Below are positions 61,492-64,000 of a stretch of 64,000 nucleotides of DNA, piece by piece (the stretch's first letter is position 1; every line of letters begins with the position of its first letter). A program made the translations under genes and the position numbers. The stretch is from Heterodontus francisci. Its lineage: Eukaryota. The stretch spans positions 136,250,982-136,314,981 of the forward strand of contig NC_090375.1 of assembly GCF_036365525.1 (NCBI RefSeq). Direction: 5' to 3'. Under the pieces are notes generated by a model. That model searched no databases. It was not told where the DNA came from and worked only from the letters and a program-made list of their open reading frames with translations.

Positions 61492-63764
61492 TCGAGACAA
61501 GTAGGCCAAAGAAGAAGAAAGATCATAATTCAGTCAGTTTTAACATAATTATGGAAAAGGACAAGGATAGAACAGGAGTTAGAGTTCTCAATTGGGGCAA
61601 GGCCAATTTTAATAAGGTGAGGAGTGATTTAGTGAAAGTGGACTGGAAACAGCTACTTGAAGGCAAATCAGTATCAGAGCAGTGGGAAGCATTCAAAGGA
61701 GAGATTCAAGAGGTTCAGAGTAAACATGTTCCCACAAAGAAGAAGGGTGGGAACAGCCAAATCTGGAACCCTATGAATGTCAAGGAGCTTGCAGGGTAAG
61801 AAAAGGCAGAAAAGGAAAGCTTATGCCCGACACCAAGAACTTAACACTACAGAAAGCCAAGAGGAGTATAGAAAGTGGAGGGGTGAAATCAAAAGGAAAT
61901 TAGGAAAGCCAGGAGAGGGCATGAAAGAATATTGGCAAGCAAAATCAAAATGAACCTAAAGATGTTTTATCAATACATTAGGAGTAAGAGGATATGTAAG
62001 GAAAGGGTAGGGCACATAAAAGACCAAAGGGGTAACCTATGTGTAGGGGGTGGAAGATGTTGGTATTGTTCTTAATGAATATTTGCATCTGTCTTCACAA
62101 AAGAGGGGGAATGATGCAGATATTGTAGTTAAGGAAGAGGGGTGTGAAGTATTGGATGTGATAAACATAGGGAAGTATTAATGGGATTAGCATCCTTGAA
62201 AGTTGATAAATAACCAGAACAGGGTGAAATATATCCCAGGCTGTTAAAAGAAACAAGACAGGAAATAGCGGAAGGTCTGACCATCATTTTGCAGTCCTCA
62301 CTGGATACAGGTGTGGTGCTGGAGGATTGGAGGACTGCTAAAATTGTACCTCTGTTTAAAAAGGGAGAAAGGGATTGACCGAATAATTACAGGCTAGTCA
62401 GTCTAACATCAGTAGTGGGCAAATTATTGGAATATGTTCTGAGAGACAGGATAAACTGTCACTTAGAAAGGCATAAACTAATCAAGGATAGTCAGCATGG
62501 ATTTGTTAAGAGAAGATCTTGCCTGACCAAATTGATCAAATATTTTGAAGAAGTAACAAGGAAGATTGATGAGGGTCGTGCAGTTGATGTGGTCTACATG
62601 GATTTTAGCAAGACTTTTGACAAGATCCCACATGGCAGACTGGTTAAAAAAATAAAATGCTATGAAATCCAGGGAAATGCAGCAAGGTGGATACAAAATT
62701 GGTTCAGTGGCAGGAAACAAAGGCAAATTAGTGACGGGTGTTTTTGCGACTGGAGGGTTGTTTCCAGTGTTGTTCCACAGGGCTCAGTACTGGGTCCCCT
62801 GCTTTTTCTGGCATATATTAATGATTTGGATGTAAATGTGGGAGGCATGATCAAGAAGTTTGCATACGACACCAAGTTTAGCCATGTGGTAGATAGCGAG
62901 GAGGATAGATGTAGGCTGCAGGAAGATATTGATGGTCTGGTCAGATGAGTAGAAAAGTGGCAAATGAAATTCAACCCGGAGAAGTGTGAGGTGATGCATT
63001 TGAGAGGTCAAACAAGGCAAAGGAATACGCGATTAATGGGAAAATACTGAGAGGTGTAGAGTAAGTGAGGGATCCTGGAGTAAATGCCCACAGATCCCTG
63101 AAGGTAGCAGGACAGGTCGATAAGGTGGTTAAGAAGGCATATGAATCCTTTCCTTTATTAGCCAAGGTATGGAATATAAGAGCAGGGAGATTATGCTGGA
63201 ACTGTATAAATCATTGGTTAGGCCACAACTTGAGTACTATGTGCAGTTCTGGTCACCTCATTAAATAAAGGATGTGATTGCATTGGAGAGGGTACAGGGG
63301 AGATTTATGAGGATGTTGCCTGAACTGGAAAAATGCAGCTATGAGGAAAAATTGGATAAGCTGGGGTTGTTCTCCTTGGAACAGAGAAGGCTGAGGGGAG
63401 ATTTGATTGAGATGTACAAAATTTTGAGGGGCCTGGATAGAGTGGATGTGAAGGCCTTATTTACCTTTGCAGAGAGGTCAGTGACTAGGGGACATAGATT
63501 TAAAGTGATTGGTAAAAGGATTAGAGGGGAGATGAGGAAAGGTTTTTCACCCAGAGGGTGGTGGGGGGGCTGAAAGGATAGTTGAGGCAGAAACCCTCAA
63601 CTCATTCAAAAAGATTCTAGATATGCACCTCAAGTGCTGTAATCTGCAGGGCTATGGACCAACTGCTGGAAGATGGAATTGAAATGGGTGGCATGTTTTT
63701 CGGCTGGCACAGACACGATGGGCCAAGTGGCCTCCTTCTGTGCCATAAACTTTCTGTGATTCCA

Positions 63765-63917
63765 TGGTTGTTACCACATTGCAGTTTGTGGGAGTTTGCT
63801 ATGCGAAAATTGGCTCCTGTGTTTCCTACATTAAAACAGTGACTACACTTCATTGGCTGTAAAGCACCCTGCGATGTCTGTGTCATGAAAAGCGCTATAT
63901 AAATGCAAGCTTTTTTA
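63765..63917 (+). mobile_element. Deu-domain tRNA-SINE, 3' half
   Basis: GGTTGTTACCACATTGCAGTTTGTGGGAGTTTGCTATGCGAAAATTGGCT...GCGCTATATAAATGCAAG continues the SINE broken at 58079. Confidence 0.8.
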
Positions 63918-64000
63918 TGAGTCCACGTGTCAGTATATTAGCACACATATCAGAATTTTTTTTATTCATTCACGGGAGGTGAGTGTCACTTGCAAGGTCA

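Larger units (their letters stand above)
58080..63764 (+). mobile_element. Near full-length CR1 LINE (SGNH-esterase ORF1, EN, RT) interrupted by an RTE composite at 59561-61520
   Basis: AVVIGDSIVRG...VVVHLGTNDIG (esterase blocks I and III), IIAITETWL, GDFNYP, GEHFGGND|DHNSVSF across the insertion, RT at 62415..62948, 3' UTR to about 63764. Confidence 0.92.

Noticed and set aside
1-64000. CRISPR arrays, prokaryotic operons or defence systems suggested by the many RT ORFs
   Set aside because: All RTs are eukaryotic LINE or LTR types with stops and frameshifts; no regularly spaced repeat-spacer array is visible.

Overview
This is eukaryotic, repeat-dominated DNA, most likely from a cartilaginous fish (shark). 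That assignment is an inference from the HE1-type V-SINEs, HER1/CR1 LINEs, Deu-domain SINEs and Penelope-like elements. I could not identify an intact host gene; nearly every long ORF belongs to a decayed transposable element. Contents: (1) many CR1 LINEs, two retaining SGNH-esterase ORF1, APE endonuclease and RT; (2) CR1/Zenon-like, L2 and RTE LINE fragments; (3) a four-level nest at 7-21.8 kb: Gypsy element > Gmr1-type Gypsy element with integrase upstream of RT > CR1 and a solo LTR > palindromic Penelope insert; (4) two TSD-flanked solo LTRs; (5) a family of GC-rich MITEs with GGGCTGGATTTT terminal inverted repeats and 3-bp TSDs, plus two decayed Myb/SANT exons, together pointing to PIF/Harbinger transposons; (6) Penelope-like elements whose terminal repeats carry a minimal hammerhead-ribozyme motif, two of them TSD-flanked, ORF-less, near-perfect palindromes. 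The most interesting items are those ribozyme-bearing palindromes, a LINE whose endonuclease follows directly on a tRNA-like Pol III head, and several templated fold-back or capture events. Coordinates were read by eye; ends without a TSD or TIR are approximate.
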